From an uncultured Bacilli bacterium (GTDB lineage Bacteria; Bacillota_I; Bacilli_A; RF39; UBA660), in contig CANREL010000004.1 of assembly GCA_947629655.1 (NCBI GenBank), forward strand, positions 13,577 through 77,576: a stretch of 64,000 nucleotides of DNA. Reading direction: 5' to 3'. Under the pieces are notes generated by a model that worked only from the letters and a program-made list of their open reading frames with translations, had not been told where the DNA came from and made no database searches. Both the position numbers and the translations under genes were made by a program. This document shows, one piece after another, positions 19,053 through 29,144 of this stretch. Each line of letters opens with the position of its first letter. Position 1 is the stretch's first letter.

Positions 19053-20474
19053 ATGGTGATGTTTTTGAAAAATATTAAAGAGTTATACGATTGTGATTAT
19101 GATTTTTTAGTAAAAGATATCAAAACTAATTCTAAAGAGGTGGAAAAAGGAGATTTATTCGTCTGTATTAAAGGTGTTAATGAAGATAGACATAACTTTA
19201 TTCAAGAAGCAATTGAAAATGGTTGTAGTGGATTAGTTGTCGAAAGAGGAAATAATTATTCAGTTCCTTTTATCAAAGTTGAGAATACTAATAGAGAATT
19301 GGGAAGATTGGCAAAGAAATTTTATGGGTATCAAGATTCTTTAAAAATAATTGGTGTAACTGGTACTGATGGGAAGACGACGACCTCTTTGTGCATTCGT
19401 GATATGCTTAATGATTGTGGCTATATTGGCACTAATGGTATAAAAGATAATGATATGGAAGTTGATACTAATAATACGACTCCAGAACTAAATTTAATCT
19501 ATAAATATCTTTCAATGTTTGAAGAGAAAAAATTAAAATATGCAAGCATGGAAGTATCTAGTGAAGGACTTTTACACAATCGTGTTCATGGCATTATGTT
19601 TGATGTTGGAATCTTGACCAATATTAGTGAAGATCATTTAAATGTTCATAAGACACTTTCTAATTATATTGATGCTAAGATAAAACTTTTCAAAAATATT
19701 AAGGAAGATGGTTATGCAATACTAAATCGTGATGATAGATTTTATGATAAGTTTAAAGAAAATTGTAAATGTAATGTTTTCAGTTATGGAAAGATGAAAG
19801 ATAGTGATTTAAAAATAGAAAATTATGTTTTATCCATAGATGGGGCGAATATTGATTTCAAATATCAAGATGATTTGTATCACGTTCATACCAGTTTAAA
19901 AGGTGAATACAACATTTATAATTTAGCGGCAGCTATTTCTTGTCTATTATGTCTCGGATTTACTTTTGAAGAGGTAATTAAAAGAGTCAACAACATAAAA
20001 AAAGTTGCGGGAAGATGTGAAATATTTAATAGTGATAATTTCCAAGTCGTTTTAGATTATGCTCATACTGAAAAGGGATTAGAGAGCATTCTAACTTTTT
20101 TAAATGCGATAAAGAAAAATAGAATTATTACAGTTACTGGTAGTGCTGGTGGTCGCGAAAAAGAAAAGCGCAAGGGCATGGGAAGAGTTGTTCAAAAACT
20201 TTCAGATTTAGTCATTTATACGATGGATGATCCACGATATGAAAAAGTTATTGATATCATTGATGAAATGAAGGACGATGATAAAAATAATTATTTAATT
20301 GTTGAAGATCGCAAACTGGCCATTATGAAAGCTTTTTCATTAGCATTAGATGATGACATAATTTTAATAGCTGGTAAAGGTCGTGATAAATACATGGCTA
20401 TTTTAGATAAATATGTCGACTATTCTGATTATGATGTCATTATGAATTTGTTATCTAAAGGTAAGACATTATGA
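19053..20474 (+). CDS. murE: UDP-MurNAc-L-Ala-D-Glu:diamino-acid ligase MurE.
   Basis: GVTGTDGKTTT P-loop and Mur ligase central and C-terminal domains. The true start may be the TTG at 19065 (MKNIKEL) after a GGTGATG RBS. Confidence 0.85.
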   Translation: MVMFLKNIKELYDCDYDFLVKDIKTNSKEVEKGDLFVCIKGVNEDRHNFIQEAIENGCSGLVVERGNNYSVPFIKVENTNRELGRLAKKFYGYQDSLKIIGVTGTDGKTTTSLCIRDMLNDCGYIGTNGIKDNDMEVDTNNTTPELNLIYKYLSMFEEKKLKYASMEVSSEGLLHNRVHGIMFDVGILTNISEDHLNVHKTLSNYIDAKIKLFKNIKEDGYAILNRDDRFYDKFKENCKCNVFSYGKMKDSDLKIENYVLSIDGANIDFKYQDDLYHVHTSLKGEYNIYNLAAAISCLLCLGFTFEEVIKRVNNIKKVAGRCEIFNSDNFQVVLDYAHTEKGLESILTFLNAIKKNRIITVTGSAGGREKEKRKGMGRVVQKLSDLVIYTMDDPRYEKVIDIIDEMKDDDKNNYLIVEDRKLAIMKAFSLALDDDIILIAGKGRDKYMAILDKYVDYSDYDVIMNLLSKGKTL

Positions 20475-20534
20475 TTTTTATAGTTATAAAATGATATGAG
20501 TTATGCAATTTATAATAATCATTAATAAAAATTA

Positions 20535-20543
20535 TGTTATAAT
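20535..20543 (+). promoter_or_regulatory. Extended -10 element TGtTATAAT.
   Basis: TGTTATAAT lies 22 nt upstream of the ATG at 20565. Confidence 0.35.
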
Positions 20544-20564
20544 TTAATCGTTGGTGGTATTACT

Positions 20565-22130
20565 ATGTCTAAGTTTAAAAAAGTTTTTTATACAATTATT
20601 TTTGTCATATCATTGTTTCTATTAATTGGGAAAGTATATGTTGATAATATTAAACCTTTGAAACATGTCGCTATCGATGTTAATGATGAAATAACGACTG
20701 ATATATTTTTTAAACATAAATTGGGGAAAATTAATTTCGTTACAGATGTTGAAAAGATTGATACTAGTAAACTTGGAAAATATGAAGTGATAATAGAAGT
20801 CAATAGTCATAGATTTAAAACGGAATTGGAAGTAGTTGACGTAGATGCTCCTATCGTCAAAGTGAAGAATTTAAAACTCGGTTATTATGAAGATATAAGT
20901 GCAGATATGTTTGTTGAAAAAATAGAAGATGCAACTGAGTGTAGCGTTTCTTTTGAAAAAGAAATTGTTAAGAAAGTTGGAAAACAGAAAGTTGTAATTG
21001 TCGTTGTTGATGAAGCTCATAATAAAACGAAAAAAGAAGTAGAATTGGAATTAGTAAAAGTTAAAGAAGAATTGACGCTCGAAGCAGGTAGTACTTTTGA
21101 GTTAGATAGTGTTTTGTATGGTGCTGATAAGATTGAAGATAAGAAAATAATTCAAAATATTGATACTAAAAAGTTGGGTGTTCAAGATTTGAAATTGATT
21201 GTTGATGGTGATGAATACACAGTCAAAGTTACAGTTGAAGATACTAAAGCACCCGTTGTAACTATCAATAATCCAACTATTTGGTGGGATGCTAAAGGTA
21301 TTACAGTTGATAAATTTATTAAAAAAGTTACGGATGCAACGACAGTAAAAAAAGAATTGTTAACTAAAATAGATTATTCGAAAATTGGAAAACAAGATGT
21401 TAAAATTCGCGTTACTGATGAATCAGGAAACGTAACTGAAGTGACCGCTAAACTAACTATAAAAAAAGATACGACTGGTCCAACAATTCGCAATATGACA
21501 ACGATTAGTGTCGTTAGAGGAAATAGTATCAATTACATGAGTGGTGTTAGTGCCTATGATGATCACGATGGAAAAGTTAGTGTCACATATGATGCTAGTA
21601 AAGTTAATACCGGTAGTCCAGGTAGTTATACAGTGACTTATACAGCTAAAGATTCTAGTGGTAATAAAACGACTAAAAATAGAACGATTAAAATAACAGG
21701 AAATGCGACTGATGTCAAAAATAAACTTCAACCGATTGTCAGTGGTTTGAAAGCTGGAAGTCGTGCTCAAACAGCTCTTAACATTCGAAATTGGGTGGCT
21801 AAAAATATCAGTTATAAGACGAGTAATTTAAAAAGTCTATATCCTTCAGCTTGGGAAGGTATTACAACGCGTAAAGGTGATTGTTATACACATATGGCTC
21901 TTACGAAAATAATGCTTGATTTAGCAGGTATTCCTAATCAGATAATTCATACATGGACAGGTGGTCACTATTGGAATTTAATCCAACTTGAAAATAGTAG
22001 TTGGTGTCATGTCGATTCAACACCGGGAGCTAAGGTTACCGATTTAAGAGATGATGCCAGTTATGAAAAGGTAGTAAAGAAAAAAGGTTGGGATCACTCT
22101 AGCTGGCCAAAAGCAGAGTGTATTAGATAG
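20565..22130 (+). CDS. Membrane-anchored surface protein with Ig-like (DUF5011-type) repeats and a C-terminal transglutaminase-like cysteine-protease domain.
   Basis: N-terminal TM; repeats carry the D.DAP.V / TKAPVVTINNP motif. C-terminal GDCYTHMAL...HTWTGGHYWN...HVDSTP gives the Cys-His-Asp triad. Confidence 0.7.
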   Translation: MSKFKKVFYTIIFVISLFLLIGKVYVDNIKPLKHVAIDVNDEITTDIFFKHKLGKINFVTDVEKIDTSKLGKYEVIIEVNSHRFKTELEVVDVDAPIVKVKNLKLGYYEDISADMFVEKIEDATECSVSFEKEIVKKVGKQKVVIVVVDEAHNKTKKEVELELVKVKEELTLEAGSTFELDSVLYGADKIEDKKIIQNIDTKKLGVQDLKLIVDGDEYTVKVTVEDTKAPVVTINNPTIWWDAKGITVDKFIKKVTDATTVKKELLTKIDYSKIGKQDVKIRVTDESGNVTEVTAKLTIKKDTTGPTIRNMTTISVVRGNSINYMSGVSAYDDHDGKVSVTYDASKVNTGSPGSYTVTYTAKDSSGNKTTKNRTIKITGNATDVKNKLQPIVSGLKAGSRAQTALNIRNWVAKNISYKTSNLKSLYPSAWEGITTRKGDCYTHMALTKIMLDLAGIPNQIIHTWTGGHYWNLIQLENSSWCHVDSTPGAKVTDLRDDASYEKVVKKKGWDHSSWPKAECIR

Positions 22131-22138
22131 GTGTCTTT

Positions 22139-23623
22139 ATGAGTTTGTTATCATTGACATTTGTTTGGTTTTGTCTATTTACTATATTGGCATATTTTAT
22201 CGTACGTAAAAAAATTCAATGGCTCATATTATTGATATCAAGTTGGATTTTTTTATTATACGATGACTTTACGATTGGGACCTTATTACAGGTTTTAATC
22301 GTATTATTTTCAAGTTATGGATTAGGAATTTTAATAAATAAACATAGAAGTAAAGCTAAAATCTTTTTAATACTTGGAATATTGATAATCATTGGACAAT
22401 TGTTCTATTTAAAATATACTAATCTCTTCATTGAGACATTGAATTACTTATTTGATTTAAAAATAGGTTTGGTCAATCGCCATTCCGTAATTGGTATTAG
22501 TTATTATTCTTTGATGATGATCGGTTACTTAGTCGATGTCTATCGTTGAGCGGTTAGAAGTGAAAAGAATATTTTAAAATTATCGTTATTCATGTCTTAT
22601 TTTCCCATTTTGACTAGTGGTCCAATCATCAAATATGAAAATATGAAAAAAGAGTTGTATCATGGACATCGCTTTCGTTTATGCAATTTGACTAATGGCT
22701 TACTAAGAGTGTTATGGGGATTATTTAAGATATTAGTAATATCTCAAAGAGCTCAAATATTTGTCGATTTTGTCTATCGCGATTTCATGAATTTTAGTGG
22801 TTTATACATCTTCTTCGCAGCATTATTATTCGTCGTTCAACTATATACGAATTTCTCGGGTTCAATCGATATCATAATGGGTGTTTCAGAAATATTAGGC
22901 ATCAAGTTACCGGAGAACTTTAAAGCACCTTTCTTTGCAACGACGATTACAGAATTTTGGCGCAATTGGCACATAACCCTAGGAGCATGGTTAAAAGATT
23001 ACATCTTCTATCCACTTTTGAAGAGTAATTTCATGCAGTCTTTGAATAAGAAATGTAAAAATATTTTTGGAAAAAAGATTAGTAAGAAAATACCACTATA
23101 TTTATCAATGTTAATCATGTGGACATTAATTGGAATATGGCATGGTGGTGCATATACTTACATAATAGGGTCAGGTTTACTTCAATTTATCTTCATCTTT
23201 TTAGAAGATGTTTTAGAACCAGTTAGTAACAAGATAAATAAGAAGTTAGGAATAAATACTGATACTTTTAGTTATCGTTTGTATCAGCGAATTAGGACCT
23301 TTTTACTATTCTCTTTTTCAATGATTTTCTTTAGAGCAGTGACCGTAAATGAGGCTTTGAGCATACTTCAAAACATGTTTGTTTGGACGTCGCTTACTGA
23401 TATTGGTGAAATCATGTCAATAGCTAACTTCATAGTGATGTTTTTAGGAATTGGGGCATTGTTAGTAGTTGAATATCTAATGAGTAGAAATATTGTCTCT
23501 TTGAAATTTAAAAATCGTCATCGCGATTATCTCTTTTTGATAATATTCATATTTGTAATTATACTATTTGGAATATATGGAGTCGGTTTTGATAAAGCAG
23601 ATTTCATTTATAATAGGTTTTAG
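22139..23623 (+). pseudogene. MBOAT-family membrane O-acyltransferase (DltB/AlgI-like) interrupted by a single in-frame TGA.
   Basis: The 136-aa and 343-aa ORFs are in the same frame, separated only by the TGA at 22547-22549. MBOAT motifs continue across the stop (VDVYR*...FFPILTSGPII), and the conserved His is present (WRNWHITLGAW). Confidence 0.55.
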
Positions 23624-23631
23624 GTGGTAAT

Positions 23632-24681
23632 ATGAAAAAGTTTATTATGTATTTTATATTATTCATGATTTTATTTTTAGGATTTCAAAGACTAGTTCAA
23701 CCCAAATATGATGAAGATTTAGTCGAAGGATCAATGACGAGTGAATATTATGATTCTTCTAAAAATCATCAAATAATCTTTTTAGGTGATTGTGAAGTTT
23801 ATTCTAGTTACTCACCAATCGTCTTGTTCAATGAATTTGGATATACTTCTTACATAAGAGGAAATTCTCAACAGATGATTTATCAATCTTATCATTTGTT
23901 ACGTGAGACTTTACAGTATGAAATACCTAAAATAGTAGTTTTTAATGTCAATGCGCTTCGTCATGGGGAATTGGATAAAAATGAAGGGTATAATCGTTTA
24001 ATGATTGATGAAATGCGAAACTCTAAAATTAAATATGACTTAATTAATGATTCACTTACGAAAAATGAGACTATCTTTGATTACGTCTTTCCCATTTTTA
24101 GATATCACAGTCGTATTTTTGAATTGACGAAAGAAGACTTTGAATACTTTTTTAAAGATAAAACAATTACACATAATGGATATTTGATGCGCGTTGATGT
24201 CAAACCTGTTACGACGATGTACGAAGGCCTTTCTTTAGCTAATTATGACTTTTCTAAAGAAAATATGGAATACTTGGATAAGATTAGAGAATTGTGTGAA
24301 AAAAATGATATTGAATTGATTCTTGTCAAAGCACCATCTACTTATCCTTACTGGTATCCAGAATATGATGAACAAGTTGTTGAGTACTCACAAAAATATG
24401 GTTTGGAATATATAAATTTTTTGGATTTAAGAGATGAAATAGGTATTGATTACAATACGGATACATATGATGCAGGTCTACATTTGAACTTGAGTGGTGC
24501 AGAAAAGTTGACGAGGTATTTTGGTAATTATTTACAACACAATCACAATTTAGATGACATGCGTAACGATGAAGAAATAAGTCGTGAATACCATGATAAA
24601 AGTGAATATTATGTGAAAATACAAAAAGAGCAATTCAAAGAATTAAAAAAGTATGGTAAGATAGTAATGTATGGAGGATAG
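23632..24681 (+). CDS. DltD/AlgJ-like membrane-anchored accessory protein that partners the MBOAT.
   Basis: N-terminal TM; 349 aa. It follows the MBOAT gene as in the DltB-DltD, PatA-PatB and AlgI-AlgJ pairs. Confidence 0.5.
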   Translation: MKKFIMYFILFMILFLGFQRLVQPKYDEDLVEGSMTSEYYDSSKNHQIIFLGDCEVYSSYSPIVLFNEFGYTSYIRGNSQQMIYQSYHLLRETLQYEIPKIVVFNVNALRHGELDKNEGYNRLMIDEMRNSKIKYDLINDSLTKNETIFDYVFPIFRYHSRIFELTKEDFEYFFKDKTITHNGYLMRVDVKPVTTMYEGLSLANYDFSKENMEYLDKIRELCEKNDIELILVKAPSTYPYWYPEYDEQVVEYSQKYGLEYINFLDLRDEIGIDYNTDTYDAGLHLNLSGAEKLTRYFGNYLQHNHNLDDMRNDEEISREYHDKSEYYVKIQKEQFKELKKYGKIVMYGG

Positions 24682-24687
24682 AAGAGT

Positions 24688-25206
24688 ATGAAAAAAGTTT
24701 TGGTGTTGATGCTTGGTATATTATTACTTACGGGATGTGGCGCTAGTAACGCTGATGAAAATAAGGCAAAGGCTAGAGAAACAGATCGAGTTGGTTATTC
24801 TGTAACACTTAATGGTGTAGAAATGATGGTCGGTGATGAGTTTTCTAAAGTTTCTTCAAAGTTGGGTAAAGATTATCAATATCAAGAAGTAGAGACTTGT
24901 GCTTTTGAAGGAATGGATAAAATTTATACTTATCCTGATTATGAAATTTATAATTATCATGAAGATGGTGTTGAGAAAATCTATACGATTACGCTATCAA
25001 CAGAAAATGTTGCGACTGATGAAGGTATAAGAGTTGGTGATAATATTTCTGACGTCATTTCTAAATATGGTGATGATTATGAAGATGTAGCAGGTGCTTA
25101 TACATATACAAAAGGAGATACGTTGTTGACTTTTATCTTTGATGAAGAGGCAGTTACTAGTATCGAATACAAAATTCAATTAGAAGGTGTTGAAGAAGGA
25201 GAGTAG
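24688..25206 (+). CDS. Lipoprotein of unknown function.
   Basis: Lipobox LLLTGCGAS, 172 aa. Confidence 0.55.
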   Translation: MKKVLVLMLGILLLTGCGASNADENKAKARETDRVGYSVTLNGVEMMVGDEFSKVSSKLGKDYQYQEVETCAFEGMDKIYTYPDYEIYNYHEDGVEKIYTITLSTENVATDEGIRVGDNISDVISKYGDDYEDVAGAYTYTKGDTLLTFIFDEEAVTSIEYKIQLEGVEEGE

Positions 25207-25219
25207 TCCTTCTTTTTTT
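25195..25219 (+). terminator. Intrinsic terminator.
   Basis: GAAGGA-gagtag-TCCTTC hairpin followed by T7. Confidence 0.6.
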
Positions 25220-25277
25220 GTCGAATAAAAGCATATTTTGTCCATTTTAATTCATACAATTAAATGGAGGATGAAAT

Positions 25278-25976
25278 ATGCTTTTTAAAATATTAGAGCT
25301 TTTTAGAAGTTTTTTCATGTTTACAGGGAGTTATTCAAATAATGTCTTCTATGATCCACTTTCTAAAGAAGAAGAAGAAAAATATATCAAATTGTTAGAG
25401 ATGGGTGATAAGGAAGCGAGAAATAAACTCATTGAGCACAATCTCAGATTAGTTGCACACATCGTAAAAAAGTTTGATAGTAAGAATGTCGATCAAGATG
25501 ATTTAATAAGTATAGGGACTATTGGTCTAATAAAAGGTGTGGATTCCTATTCTTTAAAACATGGAACGAAGATAACGACTTATTGTGCTCGGTGTATTGA
25601 AAATGAAATACTTATGTATTTTCGAAGTAATAATAAAAATGAAAAAAATATATCTTTAAATGAACCAATAGGGTTTGATAAAGAGGGAAATGAAATAACA
25701 GTCATGGATGTTTTAAAATTACCCAGTCCTGATTTTATAGAAGATATTCAAACTAAGGACAATATAAAATTATTAAAAAAATATATTAATGTTTTAAATT
25801 CTCGGGAAAAGGAAATAATAGTTAAGAGATATGGACTTGATAACAATGTGGAACAAACGCAAAAAGCCATAGCTAAAGAATTAAAAATTTCTCGAAGTTA
25901 TGTCTCAAGAATTGAAAAGAGAGCGCTAACTAAAATTTTTAGAGAATTTATTAAAGATAATAATACGAAACCATAG
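25278..25976 (+). CDS. sigK: Pro-sigma-K, the late mother-cell sporulation sigma factor, uninterrupted.
   Basis: Near-identical blocks to B. subtilis SigK: LIEHNLRLVAHIVKKF, DLISIGTIGLIK, TYCARCIENEILM and ISRSYVSRIEKRAL. A ~20-aa N-terminal pro-sequence is present. Confidence 0.85.
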   Translation: MLFKILELFRSFFMFTGSYSNNVFYDPLSKEEEEKYIKLLEMGDKEARNKLIEHNLRLVAHIVKKFDSKNVDQDDLISIGTIGLIKGVDSYSLKHGTKITTYCARCIENEILMYFRSNNKNEKNISLNEPIGFDKEGNEITVMDVLKLPSPDFIEDIQTKDNIKLLKKYINVLNSREKEIIVKRYGLDNNVEQTQKAIAKELKISRSYVSRIEKRALTKIFREFIKDNNTKP

Positions 25977-25998
25977 AGATTATCATCTCTTTTTATTT
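25975..25998 (+). terminator. Intrinsic terminator after sigK.
   Basis: AGAGAT-tatc-ATCTCT hairpin followed by a T-run. Confidence 0.6.
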
Positions 25999-26047
25999 AC
26001 AAATTTTTTAAATAATTTTATAATTAGGTTGAAAATAGGGTGGTGTA

Positions 26048-27454
26048 ATGATGAAAAGACGTCTCAAAAAAATATTTTTAACAATTGTTTTCATTCTCAG
26101 CATCATGATGTTTGCGTTAGCTATTTTTGTTAGTAATATCATCGATTTAAATGGAGATAAAGTTGTCTATTTAGCACTTGATAATGAATATCATGAAAAA
26201 GGTTTTAATATCAAATATTTAAATGATGATTCATTTGATGTAAAAATAACTGGTGATGTTGATAATACGAAAGTTGGAGAATACAAAATTAAATATGAAA
26301 CAGATGTTTTTGGCATTAAGATAAAAAATTATCGAACGGTTGAGGTTGTTGATGAAGAAGCACCAACTATTGAACTTGAAAATGGTAGCGATATAAAAAT
26401 TTGTGCTAAAGATAAATATGTCGAAGATGGTTATAAAGCTTCTGACAATTATGATGGGGATTTGACAGATAAAGTTAAAGTTACTGAAAAAGATGATGTG
26501 GTCATTTATAAAGTTTCAGATAGTAGTGGTAATTCTGTTGAAGTTAGGAGATATCTTGATAGAAATGATACTGAAAAACCAGAGTTGGTCTTAAAAGGAA
26601 ATTCTACTTATAACATAGTTGTCGGTGCAAAGTTTAATGATCCAGGGTATGATGTCAAAGATAATTGTAGTCAGGATGTCGATGTCAAAGTTGAAGGAAT
26701 AGTTGATACGAGTAAGACTGGTAGTTATGAGTTAAAGTATACTGCAGTTGATGAAAGTGGCAATGCAACTGAAGTTAAAAGACATGTTAGAGTTTATGAA
26801 AAAGAAAAATACATAAATAATACGGGTATCATTTATTTGACTTTTGATGATGGACCAACTTCTTATTCAACACCTAAGATTTTAGACATTTTAAAAAAGA
26901 AAAATATCAAGGCGACATTCTTTGTAATCAATCATGAAAGTAGTACGAATTATTTGATAAAAAGAGAATATGATGAAGGACATACAGTTGGTCTACACAG
27001 TTATACGCATAATTATAAAGAGATCTATTCATCAAAAGCTAATTTCTATAATGACATGAAAAAGATCAGTGATAAAGTTGAAGGAATAACGGGTAAGAAA
27101 TCTTTAATCATCAGGTTCCCAGGTGGTAGTAGTAATACGATTAGTAGAAAATATCAAAAGGGAATAATGACTGAACTAACTAGTGAAGTGAAGAGTTTAG
27201 GTTATCGTTATTACGATTGGAATGTCGATAGTAATGATGCGGGTGGAGCTAAAAATAGTGATGATGTCTATCGAAATGTCATCAATGGTTTAAAGCCAAA
27301 TAGAAGTAATATTGTCTTAATGCATGATTTTGCTAAAAATGATAAAACGATTGGAGCTTTGGAAGCAATTATCGATTATGGACTTGCAAATGGCTATAGA
27401 TTTGATAAAATAGATATAACGACAAGTATGATTAATCACAAAGTTAATAATTAA
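26048..27454 (+). CDS. Membrane-anchored polysaccharide deacetylase (NodB domain) with N-terminal Ig-like/DUF5011 repeats.
   Basis: NodB motifs YLTFDDGP, HSYTH and LMHD. Two repeats carry the EEAPTIEL / TEKPELVL motif. Confidence 0.8.
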   Translation: MMKRRLKKIFLTIVFILSIMMFALAIFVSNIIDLNGDKVVYLALDNEYHEKGFNIKYLNDDSFDVKITGDVDNTKVGEYKIKYETDVFGIKIKNYRTVEVVDEEAPTIELENGSDIKICAKDKYVEDGYKASDNYDGDLTDKVKVTEKDDVVIYKVSDSSGNSVEVRRYLDRNDTEKPELVLKGNSTYNIVVGAKFNDPGYDVKDNCSQDVDVKVEGIVDTSKTGSYELKYTAVDESGNATEVKRHVRVYEKEKYINNTGIIYLTFDDGPTSYSTPKILDILKKKNIKATFFVINHESSTNYLIKREYDEGHTVGLHSYTHNYKEIYSSKANFYNDMKKISDKVEGITGKKSLIIRFPGGSSNTISRKYQKGIMTELTSEVKSLGYRYYDWNVDSNDAGGAKNSDDVYRNVINGLKPNRSNIVLMHDFAKNDKTIGALEAIIDYGLANGYRFDKIDITTSMINHKVNN

Positions 27455-27465
27455 GGAGTATATAT

Positions 27466-29100
27466 ATGAAAAGTGATAAGAGAATAATAAAGTTGGGGTT
27501 TTTAATTAGTTTATTCGTGTTGTTTTTTATACCTAGTGCAGTTAAGGCAGAGGTTAATTTCAATATTAAAGGACCAGATTCTGTTACTCCTGGTAGTACT
27601 GTTGAGTATGCCATTGAACTAAAGTCTGATGAAACAGATATGATTAAAGGATTTGAAGCATCTGTCAATTTTGAAAGCAATGTTTTGACTTTAAAAAATA
27701 TCAAATTAGGTTCTGGTTGGAGTGGTAATACCGAAGGAGGTAGCTCTGGTAAAAATGTAAAATTTGAGTCTGAAGTAGGAAATACGGGAACTTTTACAGT
27801 TGCGACGTTAGTATTTAGTGTTAATACTAATGCTACTTCAAATAGTGCCTATGTGACTTTGAAAGATGCTAAATATACAATTAATGAAGCAGCAACTACA
27901 CTATCAGAGAAGACTCATAATATAAAAGTAAAATCTGGTGATAACACTCTAAGCGATTTAAAAGTAAATGGAGCAAGGGTTGAAGGATTTTCACCAACTG
28001 TTTATGAATATGAAATGTCTGTCGGTGGCGATATTGCTACTGCTAAGATAAATGCAACGACAAATTCGACAAAGGCAACTTTTAAATCAGGAAATGGTAA
28101 TAGAACCGTTAACTTGAATTATGGAAGTAATGTCATTAAGGTTGTTGTCATAAGTGAGAGTGGTATTGAAAAGACATATACTTTGAACATCACACGAGAA
28201 GATACTAGAAGTACTGATGCAACTTTGTCTTCTATCACGGTCGATGGCAAAGAAATATCTAATTTTAAGAGTACAACTTATAAATATACTATAAAAAAAT
28301 ATAAAGCGACGTCTGTTAAGATACTTGGAATTCCTGCTGATATGAAAGCGACAGTTAAAGTAGATGGTCCAGCTGAAATGGTTGTTGGAGAAAATACTTA
28401 CACAATTGTCGTTACTTCAGAAAGTGGTGCAACAGCTACATATACAGTAATTATTAACAATATCGATACAGCTATTAATAAAAAGTTAAAGACATTGTCT
28501 GTAAAAGGCTATGACATCGATTTCGATCGCAATAATAATCGTTATGAGATAATGTATAATAAGAGCAAGTTTAAAAAATTGCACATCTATTTCACGACGA
28601 TGGCAGCTAGTGATGAAGTTACAGCGGTTTTATCTCCTGACATCAATAATGATAGTGAAGCTTTGAAAAATTTAAAAGTTGGAGATGAAATAACTATCAC
28701 TGTCACGGGAATCGATGGTGAGAAGTCTGAATATACAATCGTCGTTGTCAAGGATAGTAGAATTAGTTTCTTCTTGGTTTTAGAATTATTTCTCATGGCT
28801 GTCATTGCCATTATCATCTTCATTGTCTTCATGAAGAGAAAAAATGCTAAAAATGGAAAAGGAAAGAATTATAAAACTACTAAAGTAGCTAAAAAAGAAG
28901 AAAAAGAAAAACCTGAAAAAACGACGAGAACGCGTTCCAATAGTGAAAATGCTGTTCCTATCGTTGAAGGGGAAAAACCTAAGAAGAGAAGAAGATTCTC
29001 AATTTATGAAGATGAGTATGAAGAAGTCGAAGTAGAAGTCGATGATGATGAATACTCAACGACAAAAGAGTTGACAGATGAAGAATTAAATTTAAAATAG
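27466..29100 (+). CDS. Type-I membrane surface protein: signal peptide, cohesin-like N-terminal domain, cadherin-like beta-sandwich repeats, C-terminal TM and a charged tail.
   Basis: Repeats of the form LSDLKVNG...FSPTVYEYEMSV and LSSITVDGKEISNFKSTTYKYT match the cadherin-like beta-sandwich pattern. A TM helix and a K/E-rich tail are present. Confidence 0.65.
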   Translation: MKSDKRIIKLGFLISLFVLFFIPSAVKAEVNFNIKGPDSVTPGSTVEYAIELKSDETDMIKGFEASVNFESNVLTLKNIKLGSGWSGNTEGGSSGKNVKFESEVGNTGTFTVATLVFSVNTNATSNSAYVTLKDAKYTINEAATTLSEKTHNIKVKSGDNTLSDLKVNGARVEGFSPTVYEYEMSVGGDIATAKINATTNSTKATFKSGNGNRTVNLNYGSNVIKVVVISESGIEKTYTLNITREDTRSTDATLSSITVDGKEISNFKSTTYKYTIKKYKATSVKILGIPADMKATVKVDGPAEMVVGENTYTIVVTSESGATATYTVIINNIDTAINKKLKTLSVKGYDIDFDRNNNRYEIMYNKSKFKKLHIYFTTMAASDEVTAVLSPDINNDSEALKNLKVGDEITITVTGIDGEKSEYTIVVVKDSRISFFLVLELFLMAVIAIIIFIVFMKRKNAKNGKGKNYKTTKVAKKEEKEKPEKTTRTRSNSENAVPIVEGEKPKKRRRFSIYEDEYEEVEVEVDDDEYSTTKELTDEELNLK

Positions 29101-29130
29101 AAATAAACTTTTGTTTATTTCTATATTTTT
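29100..29130 (+). terminator. Intrinsic terminator.
   Basis: GAAATAAAC-tttt-GTTTATTTC hairpin followed by a T-rich tail. Confidence 0.6.
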
Positions 29131-29144
29131 CTGGAGGTGTATCT

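Noticed and set aside
22547-22549. The in-frame TGA could indicate genetic code 4 (TGA=Trp) or code 25 (TGA=Gly) for the whole genome.
   Set aside because: Many well-conserved genes in the window (rlmN, radC, mreC, tadB and others) terminate with TGA at exactly the expected protein end, often as ATGA overlaps. No other conserved gene contains an internal TGA. The standard code applies and this is a single-site event.
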